Shown: positions 9,098-20,154, numbered from the whole stretch's first letter. The stretch: 63,300 nt of DNA, filler included, from an uncultured Methanosarcinales archaeon (GCA_964472345.1; 8 parts of 8 records of this genome joined end to end with filler, not necessarily neighbours in it), one strand, 5' to 3'. The notes: generated by a model from the sequence alone, not told the origin. Made by a program: numbers and translations.

Positions 9098-9197
9098 NNN
9101 NNNNNNNNNNNNNNNNNNNNNNNNNNNNNNNNNNNNNNNNNTTAATTAATTAANNNNNNNNNNNNNNNNNNNNNNNNNNNNNNNNNNNNNNNNNNNN
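9098..9197. other. Artificial contig spacer (others at 17947-18046, 26281-26380, 34436-34535, 42446-42545, 50200-50299, 57537-57636; separate 10-N gap at 56942-56951)
   Basis: N run + TTAATTAATTAA (stops in all six frames) + N run, 100 nt each. Confidence 0.98.
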
Positions 9198-12100
9198 CGC
9201 AGGCGACGCTCACCTGGCAGGTACGCGACCAGCAGGGTGCTCCCGTATCATTCGCTGAGGTCATCATCAACGGGGCGCTCGCAACCTTCAGCGCAGGCAA
9301 CGGCTTTTACACTGCGGTTGTCCACGCCGACGCCGACGGAGAAACCTACACCATTGCTGCCGCAAAGGCCGGCTACCTCGCCGATCAGCCGCAGACGGTG
9401 TCCGTCACGCTTGGCAGCACCGTCACGGTCCCTCTGGCGCTCACCGCGCTCGCAGGCGAATGTGTCTTTCCGGTGGCGCGCGCCGTGCCGAATGTTGCAG
9501 CCTCGCACGTAGCGGGAAAGCCCGCCGTCCTGCTCAGCTGGCGCAAGCCTTGTCCCGAGGTTCGCGGCTACATCATCAACCGCACGCTCATTCAGCCGGG
9601 CATCGGCCAGAGCCGCAGCGAGCAGCTCGCCTTTCTCGACGTCGTGCAGGGCCTCGTTGAGCCCGTTTCATTCACCGATGAAAACGCTGCCTGGCAGGCA
9701 ACCTATGAATATGCGATCAGTGCAGTCTACACCGATGGGACGCCGCGGCAGTCGGCAAAAAGCACTGCGCGCATAACGACCGGCAGCCCGCTCTGCGAAG
9801 GCAGGTTCCAGTCAGGGCGCTTCATCGAGTTCTGCCAGCAGCAGGTCCTGCGGCGCACCTGCACGGCCGAGAACCAGCTCATGGCCGCGGGCGGCATCGA
9901 CCCCGCAGACTGCTCGGTGCTCGGCGCGACCGTCTTTTGCGCCGGCCCCGATGTCGCAGGCAACACCTATTGCGCCGATGCAGGTGTCTGCTCCTCGCAG
10001 GCGCAGCAGGCAAACCCCTTTGGCCTGTACTTTACGCGCGCATCCTGCTACGGAGCGTTCAGCACGAGCACGAACCGCTTCCAGAACGCCTGCTATTTTG
10101 ACCAGAGCAGCACCATCGTTGACGCATGCTTCTCCTGCCGGGGTGTGCAGTCCTGCTTCGACTACCGCGGCAAGGACGCCTGCCAGACGAACAGCTGCCT
10201 CGGGCAGCGCTGCCGATGGGTCGATGCCATTGTCGAGCTGGGCACCGGCTATTGCGCTCCCGAAGACTATGACAAGGCGGATCACTGCAGCGACTGCTCA
10301 AGGCAGGGGCAGCTCTTCGAGAACACGCAATGCACCAGCGGCATTTGCGATGCTCTCGGCGCCTGTTACGCGAACGCTGACCAGACCAGCTGCGTTTCCT
10401 GCTCTGCGGCGAGCAGCTGTTATGACTTCCTCACCGGGCCCGAGTGCAGCGGAGGCAGGAACGTGCAGTTCAGCTTCGGCACCATCGCGCCCTCCGCCGA
10501 TTCGTGCACGCTCGGGCGCTGCAGCTGGAACGCAGCGGCCAGCAGCTGCTTCAAGGACGGCAACGGCGACGGCATCGATGACTGCAGCTCCTTCCGCGAC
10601 AACGCGCTCCATTTCGCCCTCTGCCAGCGTGACAACATTCCCCCCGTAACAGCGATAAGCCCCGACGTGATCCGGATCAACGGCCAGGCGGGAATTGTTT
10701 CCTTCCGCGCCACCGATGTGAGCGCCATCACTCGCGTCTACTATTGTGTCGACCGCACCAATACCTGCCTGCCCAACGCAACCGCATTCGTCGGCTACGT
10801 CAGCGGCACCGCGTCGCTCAATCTCGTTCCCGAGCTGAAGCGCGTCTACAGCGGCGCCGGCGCCTATTTCATCCGCTACGCGTCTGAGGACATCTTCTTC
10901 AACCGCGAGGATCTCCAGAGCAAAAGCGTGGCTGCGGACCTCGCGCCGCCGGAGTTCATCCTGCTCAACTACACCATCGCGCTCAACACCACGGGATCGG
11001 ATCTCACCTTCACCATTGCGCTGAACGAGCATGCCGTATGCTCCGACAAGCTCACGTCGTACAGCCGCCGCACGTCCTTCGCCGACTTGCCGCCGCAGCG
11101 CAATCAGTCCTGGATGATCACCTATGCAAAGCTGCCTGATGGCCTGTACCGCTATGACGTGCGCTGCACTGACGATGTGGGCAACAACATCACGGGCGTG
11201 CTCGATCTGATCGAGATCGATGCGCTTGCGTTCATCAACATCATCACGCCGCAGCGGGCGCTGAAGCAGACCACGTTTTCCTTCATCATTAACACCTCAG
11301 AGGACTCCCGCTGCGATCTCCTTGAGAACAGCGCAGCCGTCGAGACGCTCGCCACCAGCGACTTCACCGTCCATCGCTCGGGGCCGAAGACATTTGCGAC
11401 CAACACGTTCTACACGGGCTTCAGCGTGCGCTGCACCGAGCTGGCGAGCGGCGAGGTGCACGAGAAGGTTATCCCGTTCACCATTGACGAGCTCGCCCCG
11501 CAGACGACGGTAAAGCTCACCTCCGTTGAGGGCCTTCTGCAGTCCTTCAACACCACCGGCTGGGAAGCGAACGTGAACAGCAACGCCTCGGTCAGCTTCC
11601 GGTGCGACGATCGCCCCCCGAACGGCTTCGGCTGCGCGGAAACGCGGTTCTGCCTTGCCGCTCCCCGCGGCACGTGTGAGCCGGCGGCTGCTGCTCCCGT
11701 TCCGACGATCGGCAACGACACCGGGCTCTGTTACCGCTCGCTTGATGCGGGCAGCAACAGGGAAGCGGCAAAATGCGGGACCATCCGCATCACTCCCGAC
11801 TTTGGCATCGCGCTCGTCAGGCCCCGCTACGGCGTCAGCGACACGCCGCGCTTTGATCTGGCCATCAGCACGCAGGTCCCAAGCAGCACCTGCAAGTGGG
11901 GCGCTGCCGACTTCAGCTTCACGGATCTGGTCAGGGCAGCGAACATCTTCGAGACGAAGCATCCCTTCCTCTTTGAGAAGGCGAACTTCACCGACTTCGT
12001 GAGCGGCTTCCCGGTCCCGGGCCCTTCGCTCCAGCTCAGCGTGCGCTGCAACGCGAGCACCGGCAGGATTTCCCCCGCCCAGCGCTTTGAGATTGCGTAC

Positions 12101-14479
12101 GACCCGACCCCGCCGCGGATCATCAGTGCCTTTGCTGACCCTGCGGTTGTCGTCGGAGGCAACAGCGTCGATCTCGTCGTTGAGACAGATGACCGCACGA
12201 TATGCAGGTACGGCAAAGGCGCGGGCTTCACCGCACTTACAGGGATGTTTCCCGGCTTCCGCACCCCCGAATTTTCCGCTGTGCACCGTGCAACCATCCA
12301 GCTGAGTGCGAACGATGACGCCAGGGTGCATAGCTACAATATCAGCTGCATGAACCGCGCGGAAAACATCTCATCGCCCACCCCGATCAGCTTCACCGTC
12401 AACTGCGCGGCCGAAGGCGCGCTCACCGCAACAGGCCCCGCCGGCGTCACGCCCAATGCCACCGTGACGCTTTCCGCCGCCACAAACAAGGAAGCGGCCT
12501 GCGAATACCTCGACGGCATCTACCGATTCTTCGCCGTCACGGGACAGACGCAGCACCTGCAGCAGCGCGGCAACCTCAGCGAGGGGGCGCAGCACTTCCC
12601 CGTGCGCTGCACCTTCAGCTCCTCGGGCGCTGTCCGCGAAGGCAGCATCGCATTTATCGTTGACCGCACGGCTCCCCAGCTGAGCGCAATCCTCGACGGC
12701 AACGTTTCCTGCTCGCTCACCGAGCTGCACCCGAACTTCCAGGCGTCCGATGCGCATTCCTCCGTCGCAGGCTATGACTACCTCGTGCTCGAGTCGCTGA
12801 CCGGCACCATGATCGCAAACGGCACCATTGCCGCGACTAACGCAACGATCACCGGGCTCAACCTGACCGAGGGAGCACGTTACCTTATCAGGGCGAAACC
12901 GCGCGACGCCGCCGGCAACCTCGGCGCCGAAGCCGCAAGCGACGGCGTGATCGCAACCCCCGTGAACAGCACCGCCTGCCGGGAAACGATCGAGCCGGCA
13001 GTTACCATCAGCACGAACATCACGCGCTCGGGCGTCAGTGTCACGCTGCGCTGCGAGGACGCGACCTCCTGCCGCGCGGTGGCCTACGGGCTGGGGGAGA
13101 GCGGCACCAGCTGCCCGTCAGGAATGCCCTATGCGGGAAGCGTGCTCGTGACGAAGCAGCAGTTCTTCTGCTATGCAGCGACCGACGGGGCAGGCAACAC
13201 GAAGACGGGAAGCCAGCTCATCCTCGTGCCCGATGAGGACAGCGACGGCATCCTTGATCCATTCGACCAGTGCCCTGAAACGCCGCTTGGCGAAGAGGTC
13301 GATACCGACGGGTGCTCCGCGTCCCAGCGTTTCGTCGACACTGATGGGGATCAGCTTCCCGACGCATGGGAGCTTCAGCACGACGCTCCTGACTGCCTGT
13401 TTGATCCGCGCGAGCCGGACACTGATGGCAATGGCGTCGATGACGGTGAGGATGATTACAATGATGACGGAACGCCCAATGTGGAGCATTACCGGAATCG
13501 GGAAGATCCCTGTGCAGTGGCGGACACTGACAGCGACACGATCCCCGATGCAAAAGACAGGTGCCCGCGGACCCCGGCGCCGGAAATCACGCTCATCATC
13601 ACCGATCCGGAAAACCCATTCTATGGCTGCGGCCCCTCGGAGCGTGACACGGACGGTGACGGCATGGACGACGCCTTTGAGACGCGCTACTGCAGCGGCG
13701 ACTGCGCTCCCGGTGAGGATCCCGATGGCGACGGCCTGACGAATCTTGAGGAATACCAGCTCAAGCAGCGGTACGGCTCACCGACCAACCCGATGAAGAA
13801 AGACACGGACGGTGATGGCTGGGATGATAAGGCCGAGGTGCAGCGCAACACCAACCCGCTCGACGCAAAGTCCAGGCCGGGCGCGCGTGCGCTCGTCCTC
13901 GTGCTGATCATCACCGGCATCGTGCTCATCGCCGGCGGAACAGCCTATCTGCTCTACGCAGGGAAGCTGCGCCGCACCCCCCCGATGTCCACCCAGCAGC
14001 GTTTCGCTCGGCCCCCGCAGCGGCCTGTGCGTCTGCTGCCTCGCCCGCACGCACTGCCGGGGCAATATCCCGCGCGCCGCCGTGAAGCGCTGCGCCTTGC
14101 CGAGGAAGAGAAGCACAGGAAGCTCTTCGCTGCATTTGGGCCGCAGGCCCCGAAGCAGGCGCACGAGGCTCCCCTGCCTGACATGGCCCATCTCTTCCGC
14201 ATCGCGCAGCCGCATGACTTCGAGAGGCTTGCTGCGCTTGCACGGAAATATCAAGGCAGCAAGCGCACCATCGCGCCCAGGCTCAGCGGGGATGAGCGTG
14301 CCGTCTTCGAGCAGCTCGGGCAGGTTGCGCGTCGCGCACGGGGCAGGAAACTGCACGAGATCCTCTCGCCCGCGCAGGAGCGCCAGCTCCATGACATCTT
14401 CGAGCAGCTCGTGCGCATCATCAGGGAGCACGGCGACGATTCTGTCTTCCGGCAGCTGAGGCAGATCACCAAAAAATGA
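9198..14479 (+). CDS. Giant membrane-anchored surface protein (more than 1750 aa, 5'-truncated)
   Basis: Frame open from contig start; carboxypeptidase-regulatory-like and FN3-like parts, Cys-rich region, Ig-like repeats (DxAGN), TSP3-like DxDxDG repeats, one TM, basic cytoplasmic tail. Confidence 0.85.
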
Positions 14480-15024
14480 GCGCGACGCGTGCCGAGGTGA
14501 GCCAGGTATTTGTCTCTATCATGGCAGTAATTGTCTTTGCAGTCGTCCTGCTCTTCGGCTACCGCGCAATCACCGATGTCATCGGCAAAGGCGAGCGCGT
14601 CGCATTCATCACGTTCAAGACGGATCTTGAGCGGGCAGTCCGCACCGTCGCTGCCGATTACGGAAGCGTCACCGTCTTCGGCGCGCAGCATCCGCTCACC
14701 ATTCCCGCTCGTTACCGGCGCGCCTGCTTTGTGAACCTTGACCAGCGGCCGCCCGCGTCCTGCAGCACCATGCTCGGCCCCATCATCTGCGACGCATGGC
14801 AGTCGGCATTCGACGGCGGCGGCTACGCTGCAGGCGAAGCCAACGTGTTCCTCGAGCCGCTGGGCGAGCTGCCCATCAAGGTTGTGCGCATCACGCCCGA
14901 TACCAACCGGAACCTGATGGAAGACGCCGCCGACGCCGGCTACCTCTGCATCCCCACGGCCGCCAACCGCCTCGATCTGCGTATCGAAGGCCGCGGCGAT
15001 CATGCGATGGTGAGCCTCCCTTGA
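14476..15024 (+). CDS. Prepilin-like protein 1
   Basis: TRA-EVSQVFVSIMAVIVFAVVLLFG, class III-like signal; overlaps upstream stop. Confidence 0.7.
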   Translation: MSATRAEVSQVFVSIMAVIVFAVVLLFGYRAITDVIGKGERVAFITFKTDLERAVRTVAADYGSVTVFGAQHPLTIPARYRRACFVNLDQRPPASCSTMLGPIICDAWQSAFDGGGYAAGEANVFLEPLGELPIKVVRITPDTNRNLMEDAADAGYLCIPTAANRLDLRIEGRGDHAMVSLP

Positions 15025-16064
15025 TCGTGCAGCAGCAAAAGCGCGCCCAGCTCGGCGTTCCCCTGCATTGGATCTATGTGCTCATCGCGGGGACCGTGAT
15101 CCTGCTCTTCTTCGTCGTGATAGTCGCGCGGCAGAAAGCGGTCGCGGAGCAGGAGCTTTCGCTTACCGTCGTCAACAAGCTCGAGAGCATCTTCACCGGC
15201 GCGGCGCTCAGCGACCAGACCGTCAATCTTGTCGAAGTTCCGGAGCTGAAGCTCGAGTTCCTCTGTGAAGAGAGCGGCTACGCCGCCTACCGCATCGGAA
15301 GCATTTCGCGGGAAATCGCCTATCAGCCCATCTTCGCTCCTGCAGCCCTCGAAACCGACAGGCTGATCACCTGGTCGCTTGAGTTCCAGCTCCCGTTCAA
15401 GGTCACCAACCTGCTCATGCTCAGCAGCCCTTCCGTAGCGTTTCTCGTCGTGTATGACCCTGCAGCCCCCGGCATGAAGGAGCGCCTCGAGCGCGCGCTG
15501 CCCGAGCAGCTGAATGTCCAGTACGTTCCCGTCGGCAGTCTGGGCGGAGCAGGCATCGCCGCCGAGCAGGTGCGGCTGGTCTTCACCGTGCGCCCCCCGC
15601 AGGCGCTTCCCGCAAGCCTCCAGCAGCTGCCCGATGCCAGGGTGAGCGCCATCGAGCTTGATGCCGGCGCGGTGACATTCTATAAGAAGCGGGGAAGCCA
15701 GCTCACCTATCAGGAAGCCGTCGCCGTGGTCGGCAGTTTTGAGGGGGACAACCCCGCGCTCCTTGCCGCGCTGTTCGCCGACAACGCAGTCTCCTATCGC
15801 TGCGCCATGGGAAAGGCATTCCAGCGTCTCGCGCTGCTCGCGCCAATCTACGAGGAGCGCACGCGCCGCATCACCGCGAGCTACCCGTCAGCCGACCGCT
15901 GCGCGCTGCTCGCCGATCCGCGCTCCTTCGCCAGGCTCGGGCAGCAGGCTGCATCCTGCACGCCGCTCTACCAGGACAGCTGCACGGCGCTCATCGAGCT
16001 GGCTCGTGCGATTCGTGACCAAAGCACCAACATGAGGCAGTCCAACTGCCCCGTGCTGTACTGA
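15021..16064 (+). CDS. Prepilin-like protein 2 (start 15021 TTG or 15027 GTG)
   Basis: KRA-QLGVPLHWIYVLIAGTVILLFF; C-terminal Cys residues. Confidence 0.72.
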   Translation: MIVQQQKRAQLGVPLHWIYVLIAGTVILLFFVVIVARQKAVAEQELSLTVVNKLESIFTGAALSDQTVNLVEVPELKLEFLCEESGYAAYRIGSISREIAYQPIFAPAALETDRLITWSLEFQLPFKVTNLLMLSSPSVAFLVVYDPAAPGMKERLERALPEQLNVQYVPVGSLGGAGIAAEQVRLVFTVRPPQALPASLQQLPDARVSAIELDAGAVTFYKKRGSQLTYQEAVAVVGSFEGDNPALLAALFADNAVSYRCAMGKAFQRLALLAPIYEERTRRITASYPSADRCALLADPRSFARLGQQAASCTPLYQDSCTALIELARAIRDQSTNMRQSNCPVLY

Positions 16065-16065
16065 A

Positions 16066-16539
16066 ATGAAAAGCGCCCAGATCCGCATGACGGAGACGAT
16101 TGCCGTTATTTTCGTCTTTTTCATCCTCGTCGTCTTTGGCTTTCTTGTCTACAGCAGGTTCCAGCGCAGCGCCTTCCAGGAGGAGCAGGCCCGCCTCGCC
16201 GCAGAGCGGTCCGTTTCCGTTGCGCTGCGCGCCCTTTTTTTGCCTGAGCTGCGCTGCAGCCGTGGCGAGAACGTGCCGGTGCGCGACTGCATTGACCTCT
16301 ACAAGCTTGATGCCGCCCGTACCACGATGCACGCCCAGCAGGACTACTACTTCGATCTGTTCGGCTTTGCAAAGCTCTCCGTGCAGGAGCTCTACCCCGG
16401 CCGGCAGCACTGGGTTCTTTACGAGAATCTGAAAGGCGGCGCTTCCCTGGCCATCACCACGCCCATACCTGTTTCCCTCCTCGAGCCTGTCCAGAAGAAC
16501 TTCCGTTTTGGGGTGCTGACCATTGAAACCTACTCATAA
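16066..16539 (+). CDS. Prepilin-like protein 3
   Basis: MKSA-QIRMTETIAVIFVFFILVVFG. Confidence 0.78.
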   Translation: MKSAQIRMTETIAVIFVFFILVVFGFLVYSRFQRSAFQEEQARLAAERSVSVALRALFLPELRCSRGENVPVRDCIDLYKLDAARTTMHAQQDYYFDLFGFAKLSVQELYPGRQHWVLYENLKGGASLAITTPIPVSLLEPVQKNFRFGVLTIETYS

Positions 16540-17011
16540 AGGGCAGCTCGAGGTCATGGGCCTCGTGATTGTCGTCGTGCTCATCTCACTCATCATGCTC
16601 TTTGTCATCCAGTTTTCCGTGCTGCGCGCCCGCGAGGATACCCGGCAGGCCTTCACCCAGGAGCAGCTCGCCGCGAACACCGTCAACGCGCTGGTTATCA
16701 CGACAACCCTCTGCCAGGGGCTCGACGTCACTGAGCTGATCCAGGACTGCGCAAGCTTCCGGCAGCTCGATTGCGGCGGCAGCACATCCTGCGCGTTTGT
16801 CTCCTCGCTCGCCGAAGGCATCTTCAACGGCACGCTCAAGCAGTGGGGCAAGGGCTACCTCTTCACAGTCACCAGCGGCAGCGCAGAGCTGATCCGCGTC
16901 GCGCACAGCGCCTGCCCCGCAAGCAAGGACACGAGCGTCTACCCGATACCATCGAGCGTCGGCGGCGATCGCATCTTTGTCAGGCTGGAAGTGTGCGGGG
17001 ATAGTGGTTGA
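16523..17011 (+). CDS. Prepilin-like protein 4
   Basis: HKG-QLEVMGLVIVVVLISLIMLF; several Cys. Confidence 0.78.
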   Translation: MKPTHKGQLEVMGLVIVVVLISLIMLFVIQFSVLRAREDTRQAFTQEQLAANTVNALVITTTLCQGLDVTELIQDCASFRQLDCGGSTSCAFVSSLAEGIFNGTLKQWGKGYLFTVTSGSAELIRVAHSACPASKDTSVYPIPSSVGGDRIFVRLEVCGDSG

Positions 17012-17117
17012 GAAACAGAAACATAAACAATAGTGGCAACTCGGTTGCGCTCCCACTTCGTTCGGGACAGATAACCGGAATTGCGATGTTAAGTGAGATT
17101 GAGGTTTTGTCTCAAAC

Positions 17118-17210
17118 ATATGAATCTTTGCGTTAATAAGTTAAGTTTTTAGGCAAAGATTCATATGAGAAATGCGTTATTTTTTACACCAATCAACGCA
17201 TTTCTCTATA
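17118..17210. repeat. 93-bp twin-palindrome repeat, copy 1
   Basis: ATATGAATCTTTGC-N21-GCAAAGATTCATAT followed by GAGAAATGCGTT-N16-AACGCATTTCTC; reverse complement of 60418-60510 with one mismatch. Confidence 0.92.
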
Positions 17211-17227
17211 AATGAAACGGGAAGAAA

Positions 17228-17440
17228 TTATGCTGCTGCTAGCAGGTTCTTTACACTCACTTCAGTAAGAGATTCAACCGGTATCCTTTTGCTGACCTCC
17301 AATAATTCAATGCCAAGAATGTTTCCCTCTTTATCTAAATCAATAATCGTAAAGTTGTCTATCTTTTTATTCCTACCAAATTCACCTTTACGAAACTCTA
17401 TGTACATTGCATCAGCTTGTTTATCGTAGCTTATTTCCAT
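17228..17440 (-). CDS. DUF2283-like putative antitoxin
   Basis: ISYDKQADAMYI...IDLDKEGNILGIELL. Confidence 0.85.
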   Translation of the reverse strand: MEISYDKQADAMYIEFRKGEFGRNKKIDNFTIIDLDKEGNILGIELLEVSKRIPVESLTEVSVKNLLAAA

Positions 17441-17441
17441 T

Positions 17442-17654
17442 TTACAACCAATAGACCGTAATCACATTTATATTACTTTCTGTTTTTTCTGTCACAACTT
17501 CAATAGTGCCTCTATCAAGTTTCTTTTGATAATAATATTTTCCATGTTCTTTTACAGTCTTGTCGGGATGCTTGATGGCATCGAGAACCTCTTCATTTGA
17601 TAACTTCCTTTTTCTCATTCTGAATTCTGCATGAGCAGTGAATATAATCCCCAT
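17442..17654 (-). CDS. DUF4258-like putative RelE-fold toxin
   Basis: IIFTAHAEFRMRKR...VITVYW. Confidence 0.8.
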   Translation of the reverse strand: MGIIFTAHAEFRMRKRKLSNEEVLDAIKHPDKTVKEHGKYYYQKKLDRGTIEVVTEKTESNINVITVYWL

Positions 17655-18158
17655 CTTGCATCATGAGTATCTGGTTTATTAATAAGTCTTTCTTGCGTTT
17701 TCGCGATTTCCCATACTTCTTAAAAACTCCCCGTATCTTCTTGCTAGTATGGATAACTGCGCAGGATATATAGGCCGTGTACAAGAGGCGCTCCGTCCGC
17801 GAATAAACGGCGGAACCCGCAGGCAACCGGCTCAGGTGCCAGCCAATGGAAGCTGAAACCGCCCTCCCCACCCCACCCATCACTGTTTAGTGCGCGGCTG
17901 CGCAAGAACCCTGCGGGTTGAGCCGCAGCGAAACCCGCAGATGAATNNNNNNNNNNNNNNNNNNNNNNNNNNNNNNNNNNNNNNNNNNNNTTAATTAATT
18001 AANNNNNNNNNNNNNNNNNNNNNNNNNNNNNNNNNNNNNNNNNNNNAATTTCATAACCCCAATAAACTTATCGTAGGGAAATAGTTTCGGGATAACACAC
18101 TCCCCCACCAAAAGAGCGCAAAAGTTTAAATAGCCGTGAGCCTTCCGTGAACGGAAAC

Positions 18159-18314
18159 ATGGCAGAACTTATCACCATCCCAAAGGGCAGGTACGAGCAG
18201 CTCATCGGAGAAGTCGAACTGCTGAGGAACACGAAGCTCTACAGGCGCTTGCTCGAGTTTGAGGAAAACATCAGGAAAGGAAAGGTCTTCACCCGCAAGG
18301 ATCTCGGTTTCTAG
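18159..18314 (+). CDS. 51-aa antitoxin-like protein (missing from the ORF track)
   Basis: MAELITIPKGRYEQLIGEVELLRNTKLYRRLLEFEENIRKGKVFTRKDLGF; TATA TTTAAATA at 18125. Confidence 0.65.
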   Translation: MAELITIPKGRYEQLIGEVELLRNTKLYRRLLEFEENIRKGKVFTRKDLGF

Positions 18315-18597
18315 TTCCGGAACATCGCTCGTGTCTTTTCCCGCAGGCGCGCAATCAGCCGCTCTTGTTTCTTTTCGCTGGTCTTGAGATCGTACTTGCT
18401 GTGTTGCATAACCCAAGCGTAGCTTCGCCTATGCTTCGCCATAACGCTTAATTCTTTGGTAAGCCCAGAATTTTGCCTTGGATTCCTGAATCATGCCCAA
18501 CTCGCTTCTGGCATGGATCTGCTCTCCAAATATGCGCTTTACTGCGCTAAACAGATACCAATAATTTTAAAAAGTAGGGTAACAAAGTAATCATAAA

Positions 18598-20040
18598 ATG
18601 ATAGAATATAAAAAGATGTGGGAATCGCACCTTATACCTTTGATTTATGTAGAATGGAATTTGGAAGCTGGTTCAGTAAATCTTAGGAAGTATCTTGGGG
18701 TAGGCCAGAAAGATCAAATAATTGTTGTCAAAAACCTCTGCTGCGAGACATTCTATTCTCTGGAAAGTATGAAAAGAGAAAGTATTTATGGATTTAAAAT
18801 ATTTTCAAGCAATATAAAATCAAGAAAACTAATAGAAATATCTGAAAGACTAGCAAAAGAAGGTTTAGAGTTCTCTACTAAACTATGCAAAACAAACTTA
18901 AAGAACAAAACCAGAAAGGAATTATTTAATTTATTCGAAGAAGTATACAACTGGAGTTTAGAATTATTTGGATTATATTATTCAACACAACCACAATGTT
19001 CAGAGCTTGTAAAACAAAAGTTGATAAAACATTTGGAGATTAAAAAAGTCAATGATTATGTACAAACTTTTTTAGATATCACAGCTCCCAAAACACCAAG
19101 TATAATCAAACAAGCTGAACTTGATTGGTACAAACTTATAGTATCAAAGAAAAAAGAAAAAGTAAAAGAATACTATGATAATTATAAATTTCTTGGAGCA
19201 GAAGAGGGAGTAAAACAAAAACCATTTGGCTATTTTACAAAAAAATTTGATAATGATGCCAAAATACAAACTAGTGAAATATTAAAAAAGATTGATGGAA
19301 TAAATGAATCGTCGGACACTATAACAAGAATCCAATCAAAATTAATCAACGAGTATAATATTCCAAAAGATATTATAGATATGGCTGTTCATGTTCAAGA
19401 ATTCAGTCATATAAGGCTTAAAGTGAGGCTTGCTTGGACAAGCGTAGAATGGGCATGTAAACATCTTTTTGATGGAATAGGAAAAAGATTTAGTTGTAAT
19501 CCTAAAGATTTAGTTAACTATAGAAAGGAAGAGATTATAGCACTTTTTAAAAGTAATAGAAAAGTTCCGGCAGAAATAATCAAAGATAGAAAAAAGTTTT
19601 TTGTTGCTCACATGAGAGATTCTAAACCTACTTTTTTGGTAGGAAAAAATGCAGAAGACTTCATTAGAGTAAATAATATCTATAAGGATATATATGAAAA
19701 AGAATTCAAAGGTGATATTGCAAATAAAGGGCATGTTAAAGGTGAAGCAACGATAATAACTGCCGATGCCGACATATCCAAAGAAATGTTAAAAATGAAG
19801 AAAGGCAATGTTTTGGTTGTTACACAGACAAAACCTATTTTTATGCCTGTACTAAAAAAAGCCATTGCAATAGTTACTGATGAGGGGGGGATTTTGTCTC
19901 ATGCCGCAATTGTTGCTAGGGAATTAAATATACCCTGCATAATTGGCACTCACTATGCTACAAAAGCATTCAAAGATGGCGATTTGTTGGAAGTTGATGC
20001 TGATAAAGGCATTGTTCGCAAGGTGAACGCAAATGGATAA
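18598..20040 (+). CDS. Protein with C-terminal PEP-utilising (swivelling phosphohistidine) domain
   Basis: GDIANKGHVKG, AIVTDEGGILSHAAIVARELNIPCIIG; strongly AT-rich relative to its flanks. Confidence 0.85.
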   Translation: MIEYKKMWESHLIPLIYVEWNLEAGSVNLRKYLGVGQKDQIIVVKNLCCETFYSLESMKRESIYGFKIFSSNIKSRKLIEISERLAKEGLEFSTKLCKTNLKNKTRKELFNLFEEVYNWSLELFGLYYSTQPQCSELVKQKLIKHLEIKKVNDYVQTFLDITAPKTPSIIKQAELDWYKLIVSKKKEKVKEYYDNYKFLGAEEGVKQKPFGYFTKKFDNDAKIQTSEILKKIDGINESSDTITRIQSKLINEYNIPKDIIDMAVHVQEFSHIRLKVRLAWTSVEWACKHLFDGIGKRFSCNPKDLVNYRKEEIIALFKSNRKVPAEIIKDRKKFFVAHMRDSKPTFLVGKNAEDFIRVNNIYKDIYEKEFKGDIANKGHVKGEATIITADADISKEMLKMKKGNVLVVTQTKPIFMPVLKKAIAIVTDEGGILSHAAIVARELNIPCIIGTHYATKAFKDGDLLEVDADKGIVRKVNANG

Positions 20041-20057
20041 GCTCCGCTTCGGCACCG
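20032..20057 (+). repeat. 26-bp direct repeat of the nfo start (partner 21388-21413)
   Basis: AATGGATAAGCTCCGCTTCGGCACCG is identical at both sites. Confidence 0.93.
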
Positions 20058-20154
20058 GTTGGTCCTGGCAGCGTCCCACGCCTCAGCTCTCCTGCTGATC
20101 AGTTCAGTAACATTTATATACTAAAAGGTAACCAAATGGTTACTAAAGAGTAAC

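Noticed and set aside
9098..9197. Recurring TTAATTAATTAA within N runs as a biological repeat
   Set aside because: It is an artificial contig linker, so neighbourhoods across it carry no meaning.
17118..17210. Integron attC or Xer dif site
   Set aside because: It lacks RYYYAAC/GTTRRRY ends and the 11-6-11 dif architecture, so it is reported as an unclassified repeat.
17700..17946. Possible structured ncRNA (SRP or RNase P) near the contig end
   Set aside because: Local hairpins are present but no diagnostic motif was recognised. An Rfam scan would decide.
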